From contig JAUCBJ010009153.1 in assembly GCA_032718475.1 (NCBI GenBank), positions 62,484-126,483 on the forward strand: a DNA stretch of 64,000 nt. The letters are read 5' to 3'. The notes under the pieces are model-generated. The model worked only from the letters and a program-made list of their open reading frames with translations. It searched no databases and had not been told where the DNA came from. Positions 39,501-52,207 of the stretch are shown in pieces. The translations under genes and the position numbers were made by a program. Numbering within the stretch: position 1 is the stretch's first letter; each line of letters opens with the position of its first letter. This DNA comes from Nemertoderma westbladi. Its lineage: Eukaryota; Animalia; Xenacoelomorpha.

Positions 39501-42500
39501 AACAAAGTTCGGCACTCTACCGGTACTACCTAGTGAAACAAACAAAGTTCGGCACTCTACCGGTACTACCTAGTAAAACAAACAAAGTCCGGCACTCTAC
39601 CGGTACTACCTAGTAAAACAAACAAAGTGCGGCACTCTACCGGTACTACCTAGTAAAACAAACAAAGTGCGGCACTCTACCGGTACTACCTAGTAAAACA
39701 AACAAAGTGCGACACTCTACCGGTACTACCTAGTGAAACAAACAAAGTGCGGCACTCTACCGGTACTACCTAGTGAAACAAACAAAGTCTGGCACTCTAC
39801 CGGTACTACCTAGTGAAACAAACAAAGTGCGGCCCTCTACCGGTACTACCTAGTGAAACAAACAAAGTCCGGCACTCTACCGGTACTACCTAGTAAAACA
39901 AACAAAGTGCGACACTCTACCGGTACTACCTAGTAAAACAAACAAAGTGCGGCACTCTACCGGTACTACCTAGTAAAACAAACAAAGTGCGACACTCTAC
40001 CAGTACTACCTAGTAAAACAAACAAAGTCCGGCACTCTACCAGTACCACCTAGTAAAACAAACAAAGTTCGGCACTCTACCGGTACTACCTAGTGAAACA
40101 AACAAAGTCCGGCACTCTACCGGTACTACCTAGTGAAACTCAAAGTCCGGCACTCTACCGGTACTACCTAGTGAAACTCAAAGTTCGGCACTCTACCAGT
40201 ACTACCTAGTGAAACAAACAAAGTCCGGCACTCTACCGGTACTACCTAGTGAAACTCAAAGTCCGGCACTCTACCGGTACTACCTAGTGAAACTCAAAGT
40301 TCGGCACTCTACCAGTACTACCTAGTGAAACTCAAAGTTCGGCCATCTACCAGTACTACCTAGTAAAACAAACAAAGTACGGCACTCTACCAGTACTACC
40401 TAGTGAAACAAACAAAGTTCGGCACTCTACCAGTACTACCTAGTGAAACTCAAAGTTCGGCCATCTACCAGTACTACCTAGTAAAACAAACAAAGTTCGG
40501 CACTCTACCGGTACTACCTAGTGAAACAAACAAAGTTCGGCACTCTACCAGTACTACCTAGTGAAACTCAAAGTTCGGCCATCTACCAGTACTACCTAGT
40601 AAAACAAACAAAGTCCGGCACTCTACTGGTACTACCTAGTAAAACAAACAAAGTTCGGCACTCTACCGGTACTACCTAGTGAAACAAACAAAGTTCGGCA
40701 CTCTACCGGTACTACCTAGTAAAACAAACAAAGTTCGGCACTCTACCGGTACTACCTAGTAAAACAAACAAAGTTCGGCACTCTACCGGTACTACCTAGT
40801 AAAACAAACAAAGTCCGGCACTCTACCAGTACTACCTAGTGAAACAAACAAAGTTCGGCACTCTACCAGTACTACCTAGTGAAACAAACAAAGTCCGGCA
40901 CTCTACCAGTACTACCTAGTAAAACAAACAAAGTTCGGCACTCTACCAGTACTACCTAGTAAAACAAACAAAGTTCGGCACTCTACCAGTACTACCTAGT
41001 GAAACTCAAAGTTCGGCCATCTACCAGTACTACCTAGTAAAACAAACAAAGTTCGGCACTCTACCGGTACTACCTAGTAAAACAAACAAAGTTCGGCACT
41101 CTAGCGGTACTACCTAGTGAAACAAACAAAGTTCGGCACTCTACCAGTACTACCTAGTGAAACTCTAAGTTCGGCCATCTACCAGTACTACCTAGTAAAA
41201 CAAACAAAGTTCGGCACTCTACCAGTACTACCTAGTGAAACTCAAAGTTCGGCCATCTACCAGTACTACCTAGTAAAACAAACAAAGTTCGGCACTCTAC
41301 CAGTACTACCCAGTGAAACAAACAAAGTTCGGCACTCTACCAGTACTACCTAGTGAAACTCAAAGTCCAGCACTCTACCAGTACTACCTAGTGAAACAAA
41401 CAAAGTTCGGCACTCTACCGGTACTACCTAGTGAAACAAACAAAGTTCGGCACTCTACCAGTACTACCTAGTGAAACTCAATGTTCGGCCATCTACCAGT
41501 ACTACCTAGTAAAACAAACAAAGTTCGGCACTCTACCAGTACTACCTAGTGAAACAAACAAAGTTCGGCACTCTACCGGTACTACCTAGTGAAACTCAAA
41601 GTTCGGCACTCTACCAGTACTACCTAGTAAAACAAACAAAGTGCGGCACTCTAACGGTACTACCTAGTAAAACTCAAAGTTCGGCACTCTACCGATACTA
41701 CCTAGTAAAACAAACAAAGTGCGGCACTCTACCAGTACTACCTAGTAAAACTCAAAGTTCGGCAATCTACCAGTACTACCTAGTAAAACAAACAAAGTTC
41801 GGCACTCTACCAGTACTACCCAGTAAAACAAACAAAGTGCGGCACTCTACCAGTACTACCTAGTAAAACTCAAAGTTCGGCAATCTACCAGTACTACCTA
41901 GTAAAACAAACAAAGTTCGGCACTCTACCAGTACTACCCAGTAAAACAAACAAAGTTCGGCACTCTACCAGTACTACCTAGTAAAACAAACAAAGTGCGG
42001 CACTCTACCGGTACTACCTAGTGAAACTCAAAGTTCGGCCATCTACCAGTACTACCTAGTAAAACAAACAAAGTTCGGCACTCTACCAGTACTACCTAGT
42101 GAAACACACAAAGTTCGGCACTCTACCGGTACTACCTAGTGAAACTCAAAGTCCGGCACTCTACCAGTACTACCTAGTAAAACAAATAAAGTGCGGCACT
42201 CTACCAGTACTACCTAGTAAAACAAACAAAGTTCGGCACTCTACCGGTACTACCTAGTAAAACAAACAAAGTGCGGCACTCTACCAGTACTACCTAGTAA
42301 AACGCAAAGTCCGGCACTCTACCGGTACTACCTAGTGAAACAAACAAAGTTCGGCACTCTACCAGTACTACCTAGTAAAACAAACAAAGTGCGGCACTCT
42401 ACCAGTACTACCTAGTAAAACTCAAAGTCCGGCACTCTACCGGTACTACCTAGTGAAACAAACAAAGTCCGGCACTCTACCAGTACTACCTAGTGAAACT

Positions 42501-45134
42501 CAAAGTTCGGCAATCTACCAGTACTACTTAGTAAAACAAACAAAGTGCGGCACTCTACCAGTACTACCTAGTAAAACTCAAAGTCCGGCACTCTACCAGT
42601 ACTACCTAGTAAAACAAACAAAGTCCGGCACTCTACCAGTACTACCTAGTGAAACTCAAAGTTCGGCAATCTACCAGTACTACTTAGTAAAACAAACAAA
42701 GTGCGGCACTCTACCAGTACTACCTAGTAAAACTCAAAGTTCGGCACTCTACCAGTACTACCTAGTAAAACAAACAAAGTTCGGCACTCTACCGGTACTA
42801 CCTAGTGAAACAAACAAAGTCCGGCACTCTACCAGTACTACCTAGTGAAACTCAAAGTTCGGCAATCTACCAGTACTACTTAGTAAAACAAACAAAGTGC
42901 GGCACTCTACCAGTACTACCTAGTAAAACTCAAAGTTCGGCACTCTACCAGTACTACCTAGTAAAACAAACAAAGTTCGGCACTCTACCGGTACTACCTA
43001 GTAAAACAAAGAAAGTGCGGCACTCTTCCAGTACTACCTAGTAAAACAAACAAAGTGCGGCACTCTACCAGTACTACCTAGTAAAACAAACAAAGTCCGG
43101 CACTCTACCAGTACTACCTAGTGAAACTCAAAGTTCGGCAATCTACCAGTACTACTTAGTAAAACAAACAAAGTGCGGCACTCTACCAGTACTACCTAGT
43201 AAAACTCAAAGTTCGGCACTCTACCAGTACTACCTAGTAAAACAAACAAAGTTCGGCACTCTACCGGTACTACCTAGTGAAACAAACAAAGTCCGGCACT
43301 CTACCAGTACTACCTAGTGAAACTCAAAGTTCGGCAATCTACCAGTACTACTTAGTAAAACAAACAAAGTGCGGCACTCTACCAGTACTACCTAGTAAAA
43401 CTCAAAGTTCGGCACTCTACCAGTACTACCTAGTAAAACAAACAAAGTTCGGCACTCTACCGGTACTACCTAGTAAAACAAAGAAAGTGCGGCACTCTTC
43501 CAGTACTACCTAGTAAAACAAACAAAGTGCGGCACTCTACCAGTACTACCTAGTGAAACAAACAAAGTTCGGCACTCTACCAGTACTACCTAGTGAAACT
43601 CAAAGTTCGGCCATCTACCAGTACTACTTAGTAAAACAAACAAAGTTCGGCACTCTACCGGTACTACCTAGTGAAACAAACAAAGTTCGGCACTCTACCA
43701 GTACTACCTAGTGAAACTCAAAGTTCGGCCATCTACCAGTACTACCTAGTAAAACAAACAAAGTCCGGCACTCTACCGGTACTACCTAGTAAAACAAACA
43801 AAGTTCGGCACTCTACCGGTACTACCTAGTAAAACAAACAAAGTTCGGCACTCTACCGGTACTACCTAGTGAAACAAACAAAGTTCGGCACTCTACCGGT
43901 ACTACCTAGTAAAACAAACAAAGTTCGGCACTCTACCGGTACTACCTAGTAAAACAAACAAAGTTCGGCACTCTACCGGTACTACCTAGTAAAACAAACA
44001 AAGTCCGGCACTCTACCAGTACTACCTAGTGAAACAAACAAAGTTCGGCACTCTACCAGTACTACCTAGTGAAACAAACAAAGTCCGGCACTCTACCAGT
44101 ACTACCTATTAAAACAAACAAAGTTCGGCACTCTACCAGTACTACCTAGTAAAACAAACAAAGTTCGGCACTCTACCAGTACTACCTAGTGAAACTCAAA
44201 GTTCGGCCATCTACCAGTACTACCTAGTAAAACAAACAAAGTTCGGCACTCTACCGGTACTACCTAGTAAAACAAACAAAGTTCGGCACTCTAGCGGTAC
44301 TACCTAGTAAAACAAAGAAAGTGCGGCACTCTTCCAGTACTACCTAGTAAAACAAACAAAGTACGGCACTCTACCAGTACTACCTAGTGAAACTCAAAGT
44401 CCGGCACTCTACCAGTACTACCTAGTAAAACAAACAAAGTTCGGCACTCTACCGGTACTACCTAGTAAAACAAAGAAAGTGCGGCACTCTTCCAGTACTA
44501 CCTAGTAAAACAAACAAAGTACGGCACTCTACCAGTACTACCTAGTGAAACAAACAAAGTTCGGCACTCTACCAGTACTACCTAGTGAAACTCAAAGTTC
44601 GGCCATCTACCAGTACTACCTAGTAAAACAAACAAAGTTCGGCACTCAACCGGTACTACCTAGTGAAACAAACAAAGTTCGGCACTCTACCAGTACTACC
44701 TAGTGAAACTCAAAGTTCGGCCATCTACCAGTACTACCTAGTAAAACAAACAAAGTCCGGCACTCTACCGGTACTACCTAGTAAAACAAACAAAGTTCGG
44801 CACTCTACCGGTACTACCTAGTAAAACAAACAAAGTTCGGCACTCTACCGGTACTACCTAGTGAAACAAACAAAGTTCGGCACTCTACCGGTACTACCTA
44901 GTAAAACAAACAAAGTTCGGCACTCTACCGGTACTACCTAGTAAAACAAACAAAGTTCGGCACTCTACCGGTACTACCTAGTAAAACAAACAAAGTCCGG
45001 CACTCTACCAGTACTACCTAGTGAAACAAACAAAGTTCGGCACTCTACCAGTACTACCTAGTGAAACAAACAAAGTCCGGCACTCTACCAGTACTACCTA
45101 GTAAAACAAACAAAGTTCGGCACTCTACCAGTAC
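33551..45134. repeat. Tandem 40/38-bp satellite array
   Basis: Same monomer. The first several kb reproduce the variant order seen after 13890. Confidence 0.98.
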
Positions 45135-45660
45135 TGTTAGCTTATCCAATTCCGCTAACACAAACCCATAGAGTGAGCCATAAAGCAATATTGGGAGCAC
45201 GAGGTTGATCACCAATCAACCTCGTGTCAGCCCAGTAAACGGGGACAATAGGCCCCAAAGGAAGCACACAATAGAGGGTCAGGGGCCAAACCCCTAACCC
45301 AAGGAGAACACAGGGAGTGAAGGGAAACACTCCAAAGGGTGCCAACAAGGGTATCAACCAATCAGAGGGGGGAAAGGCATCGATTGAGTAGCAATAAGGC
45401 CACCGTGCAATATAACCAGTAACCTGTAATCATTCATTCAGTTTACTCAGTCAGATCAGTAGGGTGGAACGGGGACTTCTGTCACCGTCCGCTACCGCCA
45501 TCATACTTATATTACCTGTTGTGTTATACTATATATATATCAGACTATTATACCTTATACATATAACCGGACACCAGAACTGTTTCACCTTTCACACAAC
45601 GGCGGGGACGCGTGGATAGAAAACCCAACGGATAAACCGGGATCCGTAGATCCCGTCACA
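45135..45660 (+). repeat. 5' LTR
   Basis: TGTTAGC...CGTCACA. No differences from the 3' LTR seen by eye. Contains a CCAAT box, a TATA-like TATAA near 45411 and an Inr-like TCAGTT near 45438. Confidence 0.95.
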
Positions 45661-45749
45661 GTGACAGAACTAGATCCGCCCAGCTGCCCTGACAGAGATA
45701 GAATAGAGCTACCGTCCTAGCTAGCGACGACCAGCTACTAAAGACGAAG

Positions 45750-48700
45750 ATGAGTCGAGAGAGAGGAACGACACCGCCGCGGACCCCGGACGACGATCTA
45801 ACGATCCGTGAGGCCACGGCGAGACGATACGAACCCACGACGCCGATCGATGCCACGCCGACCACGTCGACGCAGGTTGACGCCACGTCGACAACGAGCG
45901 ACCCGGCGAACCAAGATGTGGGGGGTCGTCTACAACCGGAGAGCGAGTCGAGGGAAGGAGACGAGAAGGGAGGAGAAGAGAAAGACGAGTCGACGCGGAG
46001 CGAGGGTCGACATACCGATGTCACCGGTCAGCCACAGGCCGAGGACGACGGACGGTCCACCGGAACGGCAACGGTGGGGCCGTCGGTACGACGTCGGACC
46101 CGGAGAGACAGAGGAGAGATCGGCGACGAGGACGTCGGGGTTTCTGATCGACTTCGACGGGCCTACAACGCGACCCGGGAACTACTAAAGGAGGCCAAGG
46201 AGGGGGCGAAGGTAGACGAGGTGAGACTGAGGAGACGACTAGGTGAGTCGAACAGGTACCTTGATCACCTAGTGTGTTCTGGGCAGAGAGAACTAGCCGA
46301 GGAGAGGGCGTGGGGAGTTGCCTTCGGACTGTTTGAACTATGGGAATGTGGGGGTATGGAGCCTAGTGTAGTGTACATAGGGCCATACTTAGTCGATGCC
46401 CGGGGAGCAAAATTAGTGGGTTGGAAGAGACCTGAGGAGGGCGAATCCGAGGTTAAACCCAAGGATTCGGTCTCGTCGGTCGGAAGAAGTTCCGGGAAGC
46501 GGGGGAAAGTTGGTAGGACGGAGGGGCGACGGGAGTCTGTCGCAACCGATAAGTCTGCTACATCCTCCGCAAAAGAAAGAAGGGTGCGGGAGAGATATCT
46601 AAAGTGTAAATTAGGAATGGCGGCGGCAGAGCAGGAACAGTTAGAGTGGCAATTGAGGAGTGAAACCACATTATTAGAGTTGGCAAGGGAGGATAGAGAG
46701 AGAGCCGAGGAGCGAAGAGATCGGGAGATGAGAGTAGAGAGCGAGCCGGCGAGCTGGTTTGATATGCTTGCGAGAGAGACGGCCGAGCGAAGTTTACGAG
46801 GGTACAGAGAGAGAGAGATAGAGAAAGAGCGTGACCGGGATGATTTGTGTGCCCGGATAGGGAGGCTTGCGCAATATCAAGCCAAACTTAAACGGCGCCG
46901 ACTAGAACTGGCGCGGTTGGAAATGTCAGAGAGTGAGACCCCACTTACAGGCACCGGGCGAGAGAACCAGAACTGGTGTAGCCGTACGGGCGGGGGGGGT
47001 AGTAGTAGTACGTTAGAGACAGTTAATGTTAATAGTACCGTAGTAAATAACCCTAATCCCTTTATTACAGGAAATATTTTACCCGGTAGTAGTAATTTAA
47101 GTTTAAATTCAAATAATAACATTAATTCAAATATTCAGAATAATTCAAATAATACGAATAATAATTTAAATTTTGAAAATAATAACAATCCTAATTTAAA
47201 TAATTTAAATAATAATCCCGTTTCAAATTCTAATAATTTAATTGATTTAACAAATAATATTGGGAATGGTGCTATTGATATGAGCGTGTCGGACGTGCAT
47301 AACCCGACAGACGGTGGCCTGGTAGGCCACGTAGTTAGTAGGCAGGAAGTGGCAGGGCTGAGCCAACCCGACGGCGGCCTGGTAGGCCACGTAGTTGGTA
47401 GGCAGGAGGTAGCGGGGTTGAGCCAACCCGAGGTGGGCCTGATGGGCCACGCAGTAGTAGAGAGAGAGGCGGGGGTGAATAGACCCAGCCGTAGTAGAGA
47501 CAGTGCGTCGACTAGAGAGGGGTGTAGAGACGAAGTAAGATATAGTGAAGTTAGATGTGGCGAGTGGGGGGGGGGCTACCGGCGCCCCACCACGTAAGAC
47601 TAGTGGCGAGAGAGGGGGGGCAGAGAATGCCCCACAAGAGGGACGCAAAAGTGTAGTAAGAGATAGTGGAGTTAGAAGTGGCGGGTGGGGGGGGGCTACG
47701 GGCACCCCACCGCGAGAAGTTAGTAGAGAGAGAGGGGGGACAGAGAGTGTCCCACAGCCGTCAGCGGATAATGTGCGGGCCGAATCAGGTAAACCGCAAC
47801 AACCGGCGACGGAGAGTAATAGGGGGATTGCGAGTATCCCCAGCGGCGTGCGATCGAGCAGAGAGAGGCAGGTTGACGTCGCGAGAGGGCAGACGAAGCG
47901 TCGAGCCCGACCAGAAGAGAGAAGAAGAACAGTGGAGTTTAACCGGGAGGTCGACGAGAGATCTCACGAGCCGGAATACTACACAGAAAAGAGAAGAAGA
48001 GAAGATAGTAAAAAAGGTGTCGCCACGAATGATAGGAGTGCGAGGACGGATAACGAACCGTCGATAGTAGAGATGGAGTCAGGGAGCCAGTGGGGTCGAA
48101 CTTCGGGAGATTGCCGTCGCCCCGGAGAAACGCACCGCACGCCAAGAGAGGGGTACAAGACGTACCAATACAGAGTCTAGAACAGGAGAGGGGATCGGAG
48201 AGAAGCTTCCCGACGGGATATAGCTGCCGATCGAGAGTGCAGTAGTCGCGGGGAGATTCGAGATTCGCGAAGAATAAACGTCGGTTCGGAAGGGCACATG
48301 CAGACTGCAGGACATACTGTAGGCCTTACTGCACATACTATTATAGGCCATGCTGGGAGAGATAGAGTAGGCGATGGGGTAGCGCGAACGACGGAATTAA
48401 ACCCGGAAGTCGCGGAGTACATACCGGTAGGTAGGCGAGAGGTAGGTAGGCCTATATCGGTACAGCAGCATGACTATAATACACAGGGACATAATATATA
48501 TCCAGGGGAGGGGGGAGTTATTGGAGATAGACGTATGGGCCCCAATGTATTAACATCAACCCCAGCACCAAACATACCGGCCGGGGGGGGACAGGGTGAC
48601 ATTCCCCCATCACAATATCGACAATGTACCCCGATAGGAGCAAGAACATCGAACTCCCTGGACGAGAACAGGTCGTGCGGACAGTCACAACCACACGCGG

Positions 48701-49449
48701 CCGTACAGGGGACTGCTAGTCCACAGTTAGGTGGTAGCAGGACCACACCGTGGCAGGGACAGAAAGAAAATAACACCAAAAATAAACACAATCCCAATAT
48801 ACCCAGTAGGCCGAGTCTAGACAACCAAAACATTAAATCGGTACATATAAACCTAAGCGCGATACGTGAAGGACTATACAGGAAACGCTATAATCCAGGA
48901 TTCCAATGTCAATTACATCGGGACGGAACCCATAAGACCAGGAGTTGCAAGTACTGGCAAGCGTTGCCCAAACGAGATCGTGTAGCCTACACAGACGCAA
49001 ACGGACTATGTCATCGATGTGTGGTAAAAGGACACAGATCCGGAGAGTGTTGGAAAGGGAAAGGATACGAAAGGACTAAACCAGGGGCAGAGAAGCCCAT
49101 TAGCAAACTTAAGGGAGTCGGGAAAGTAGGAGGAGGCGTGTTGCATACACACGCAGGACGGACACAGTGCGAGGGGGCATTGCACGGGCAGACACCGCGT
49201 ATACCGAGGGACGAGCGGGGGTCGTCGAGGGCTCTAATGCCAGCGCACATACGAAGGGGGAGGCCAGCAAAGGTGGCACCGAAGAGAGTGTGGCGAAGAG
49301 TTAGAGGACGTATAGGAGGGCAACAGGAGAGTGCCTACTGGAAGAAGGGGCACCTGAGAGTTTTTAGTCGTCCAAAGTTTTGGACTGAGGGGGGTGGGAA
49401 TGAGGGCGAGACGCCCTTCCCACGCACAAAATATAAAATAATTATTTAA
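45750..49449 (+). pseudogene. gag: Gag-like ORF (~1230 codons) with one frameshift and one in-frame stop
   Basis: ORFs 45750-47597, 47545-48180 and 48298-49449 join if one G is removed from G10 at 47566-47575 and TAG 48178-48180 is read through. Contains PKDSVS plus a coiled coil, and Cys-His knuckles CQLHRDGTHKTRSC and CHRCVVKGHRSGEC with BEL/Pao-like spacing. Confidence 0.75.
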
Positions 49450-49489
49450 TTAAAAATAAGAAAATAATTAAATAATAGAGTAGGTAGAA

Positions 49490-49502
49490 GTTAGGTAGTA
49501 AG

Positions 49503-49543
<41 letters not shown>

Positions 49544-51310
49544 AAGAGGGTACGTAGTACCGTTAGTTAGAGAGTTAGTAGGTACGTAGTACCTAATCAG
49601 AGTTAGAGTTAGTAGGTACGTAGTACCTAGAGTTAGTTAGAGTTAGTAGGTACGTAGTACCTAATCAGAGTTAGAGTTAGTAGGTACGTAGTGCCTAGAG
49701 TTAGAGAGTTAGTAGGTACGTAGTGCCTAGAGTTAGAGAGTTAGTAGGTACGTAGTACCGATAGTTAGAGAGTTAGTAGGTACGTGGTACCTAGTTAGAG
49801 TTAGAGTTAGTAGGTACGTAGTACCTAGAGTTAGTTAGAGAGTCAGTAGGTACGTGGTACCTAGTTAGAGTTAGAGTTAGTAGGTACGTGGTACCTAGTT
49901 AGAGTTAGAGTTAGTAGGTACGTGGTACCTAGTTAGAGTTAGAGTTAGTAGGTACGTGGTACCTAGTTAGAGTTAGAGTTAGTAGGTACGTGGTACCTAG
50001 TTAGAGTTAGAGCTAGAGGGTACGTAGTACCGATAGTTAGAGAGTTAGAGGGTACGTAGTACCAATAGTTAGTTAGAGTTAGTAGGTACGTAGTACCTAG
50101 TTCGAGTTAGAGTTAGAGGGTATGTAGTACCGCTAGTTAGAGTTAGAGTTAGTAGGTACGTAGTACCTAGAGTTAGTTAGAGAGTCAGTAGGTACGTGGT
50201 ACCTAGTTAGAGTTAGAGTTAGTAGGTACGTGGTACCTAGTTAAAGTTAGAGTTAGAGGGTATGTAAGTACCGCTAGTTAGGAAGTAGTAGAGCAGTAGG
50301 GGTTGTGGGCACCGGAAGCGCCACGCAGTTAGACTTAGTAGGGAATGCGCTGAACTTAGTGGGGCACGGGCGTGATGACGTGTTTGATGTAAGAGCAGGG
50401 TATGTTAATTAGGGTGGGTGCCGGGCACAAGAGGTGCCGGGCACAAAAAGAGTTAGTAGTAGAGTTAGTTGAGTTAGTAGTAGAGTTAGTTGAGTTAGTA
50501 GTAGAGTTAGTTGAGTTAGTAGTAGAGTTAGTAGAGTTAGAAGGTGCTGGGCACAAGAGGTGCCGGGCACAAAAAGAGTTAGTAGAGTTAGAAGAGAGTT
50601 AGTAGAGTTAGTAGAGTCAGTAGTAGTTCACATAATTAACGTACCCACTCTGCCGGCACTCAGAGCGTCACGTGTAGGCGATGAGACGTAAAGGGGGAGT
50701 AGAGGAGTAGAGACGGGTACATAGGGTACCAGTGAGTAGAAGAGTAGAGACGGGCACGTAGGGTGCCAGGTAGTAGAGTTAGAGAGTTAGAGATAGAGTA
50801 GAGTAGTAGAGAGGGCACATAGGGTGCCAGGTAGTAAGTTAGAGAGGTAGTAGTGTAGTAGAGAGGGCACATAGGGTGCCAGGTAGTAGAGTAGAGCAGA
50901 GGGGGCACATAGGGTGCCAGGTAGTAGAGCTAGAGAGGTAGCTGAGTAGTAGAGGGCACATAGGGTGCCAGATAGTAGAATGGTTGTGGGCACCGCAAGC
51001 GCCACGTACTTAGAAGAGTGGAGTAGAGTTAGTAGAGCTAGTTAGTAGAGTTAGCAGAGCTAGTGGAGTAGAGTTAGTAGAGCTAGTTAGCGGACTTGGT
51101 AGACTCGGAGGAGTCAAGTAGAGCTAGTAGAAGTAGAAAGTTAGTAGGAGTTAGTTAGACTTAGTACAGAGTTTGAGTCAGTAGAAAGTTAGAGGCCCTC
51201 AGTTAGAGCTAGAAGTAGTAAGAGTTAGTAGTTAGCAGAGTTAGTTAGATAGTTAGAGTTAGTAAGCAGTAGGTAGATAGTATGATAGCACAGGGGTAGC
51301 ATTAGAGATT
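49490..51310. repeat. Purine-rich tandem/low-complexity repeats inside the LTR element
   Basis: (TTAG)n, then ~30-bp units AGTTAGTAGGTACGT(A/G)GTACCTAG, then GAGTTAGTAGTA runs, then GGGCACATAGGGTGCCAGGTAGTAGAG units. Confidence 0.9.
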
Positions 51311-51672
51311 AAAGCCTTAGGGAGTGACAAGAGAGTGGAGAGGTAATAGTGCGGAGTGCGAAGAGAGCGTGGGCGCAATTCAAGTGTGGGGGAGGAGAAG
51401 TGAGAGGAAGAGTGTGGGACGAGGAAGTCCGGGAGTATGCGAGAGTTGGAGTAGAATGGTGAGAGTGTTGGGGAAACAAAAATTGTGTGAGAGAAGCGCA
51501 CGATCGGCCCGACACGAGACGCCAGAGGGTAGTGACATCATACCCATAGGGAGCGGCCTGGAAAGCCGACTCCGAAAAAATATACCCACCCCACACCCGA
51601 TAATAGATCGGGATCCAGCGGAATTGTAGCGCACTTGAGTTGGATGCTATCTTCTCACCGGGAAGATAGCAT

Positions 51673-51681
51673 GGGGGGGAG
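51673..51681 (+). other. Polypurine tract
   Basis: GGGGGGGAG immediately 5' of the 3' LTR. Confidence 0.75.
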
Positions 51682-52207
51682 TGTTAGCTTATCCAATTCC
51701 GCTAACACAAACCCATAGAGTGAGCCATAAAGCAATATTGGGAGCACGAGGTTGATCACCAATCAACCTCGTGTCAGCCCAGTAAACGGGGACAATAGGC
51801 CCCAAAGGAAGCACACAATAGAGGGTCAGGGGCCAAACCCCTAACCCAAGGAGAACACAGGGAGTGAAGGGAAACACTCCAAAGGGTGCCAACAAGGGTA
51901 TCAACCAATCAGAGGGGGGAAAGGCATCGATTGAGTAGCAATAAGGCCACCGTGCAATATAACCAGTAACCTGTAATCATTCATTCAGTTTACTCAGTCA
52001 GATCAGTAGGGTGGAACGGGGACTTCTGTCACCGTCCGCTACCGCCATCATACTTATATTACCTGTTGTGTTATACTATATATATATCAGACTATTATAC
52101 CTTATACATATAACCGGACACCAGAACTGTTTCACCTTTCACACAACGGCGGGGACGCGTGGATAGAAAACCCAACGGATAAACCGGGATCCGTAGATCC
52201 CGTCACA
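51682..52207 (+). repeat. 3' LTR
   Basis: Direct repeat of 45135-45660 (offset 6547). Confidence 0.95.

Larger units (their letters stand above)
45135..52207 (+). mobile_element. Non-autonomous BEL/Pao-like LTR retrotransposon (7073 bp)
   Basis: Two 526-bp direct repeats TG...CA, 5-bp TSD AGTAC (45130-45134 and 52208-52212), polypurine tract before the 3' LTR, BEL-type Gag motifs, and no recognisable PR/RT/RH/IN core. Confidence 0.9.

Noticed and set aside
49504-49543. Telomeric repeat
   Set aside because: It is (TTAG)n, not TTAGG or TTAGGG, and is internal to the LTR element.
45142-51904. Antisense and overlapping ORFs in the LTR element
   Set aside because: They are shadows of the GC/purine-rich gag frame, LTR sequence or simple repeats.
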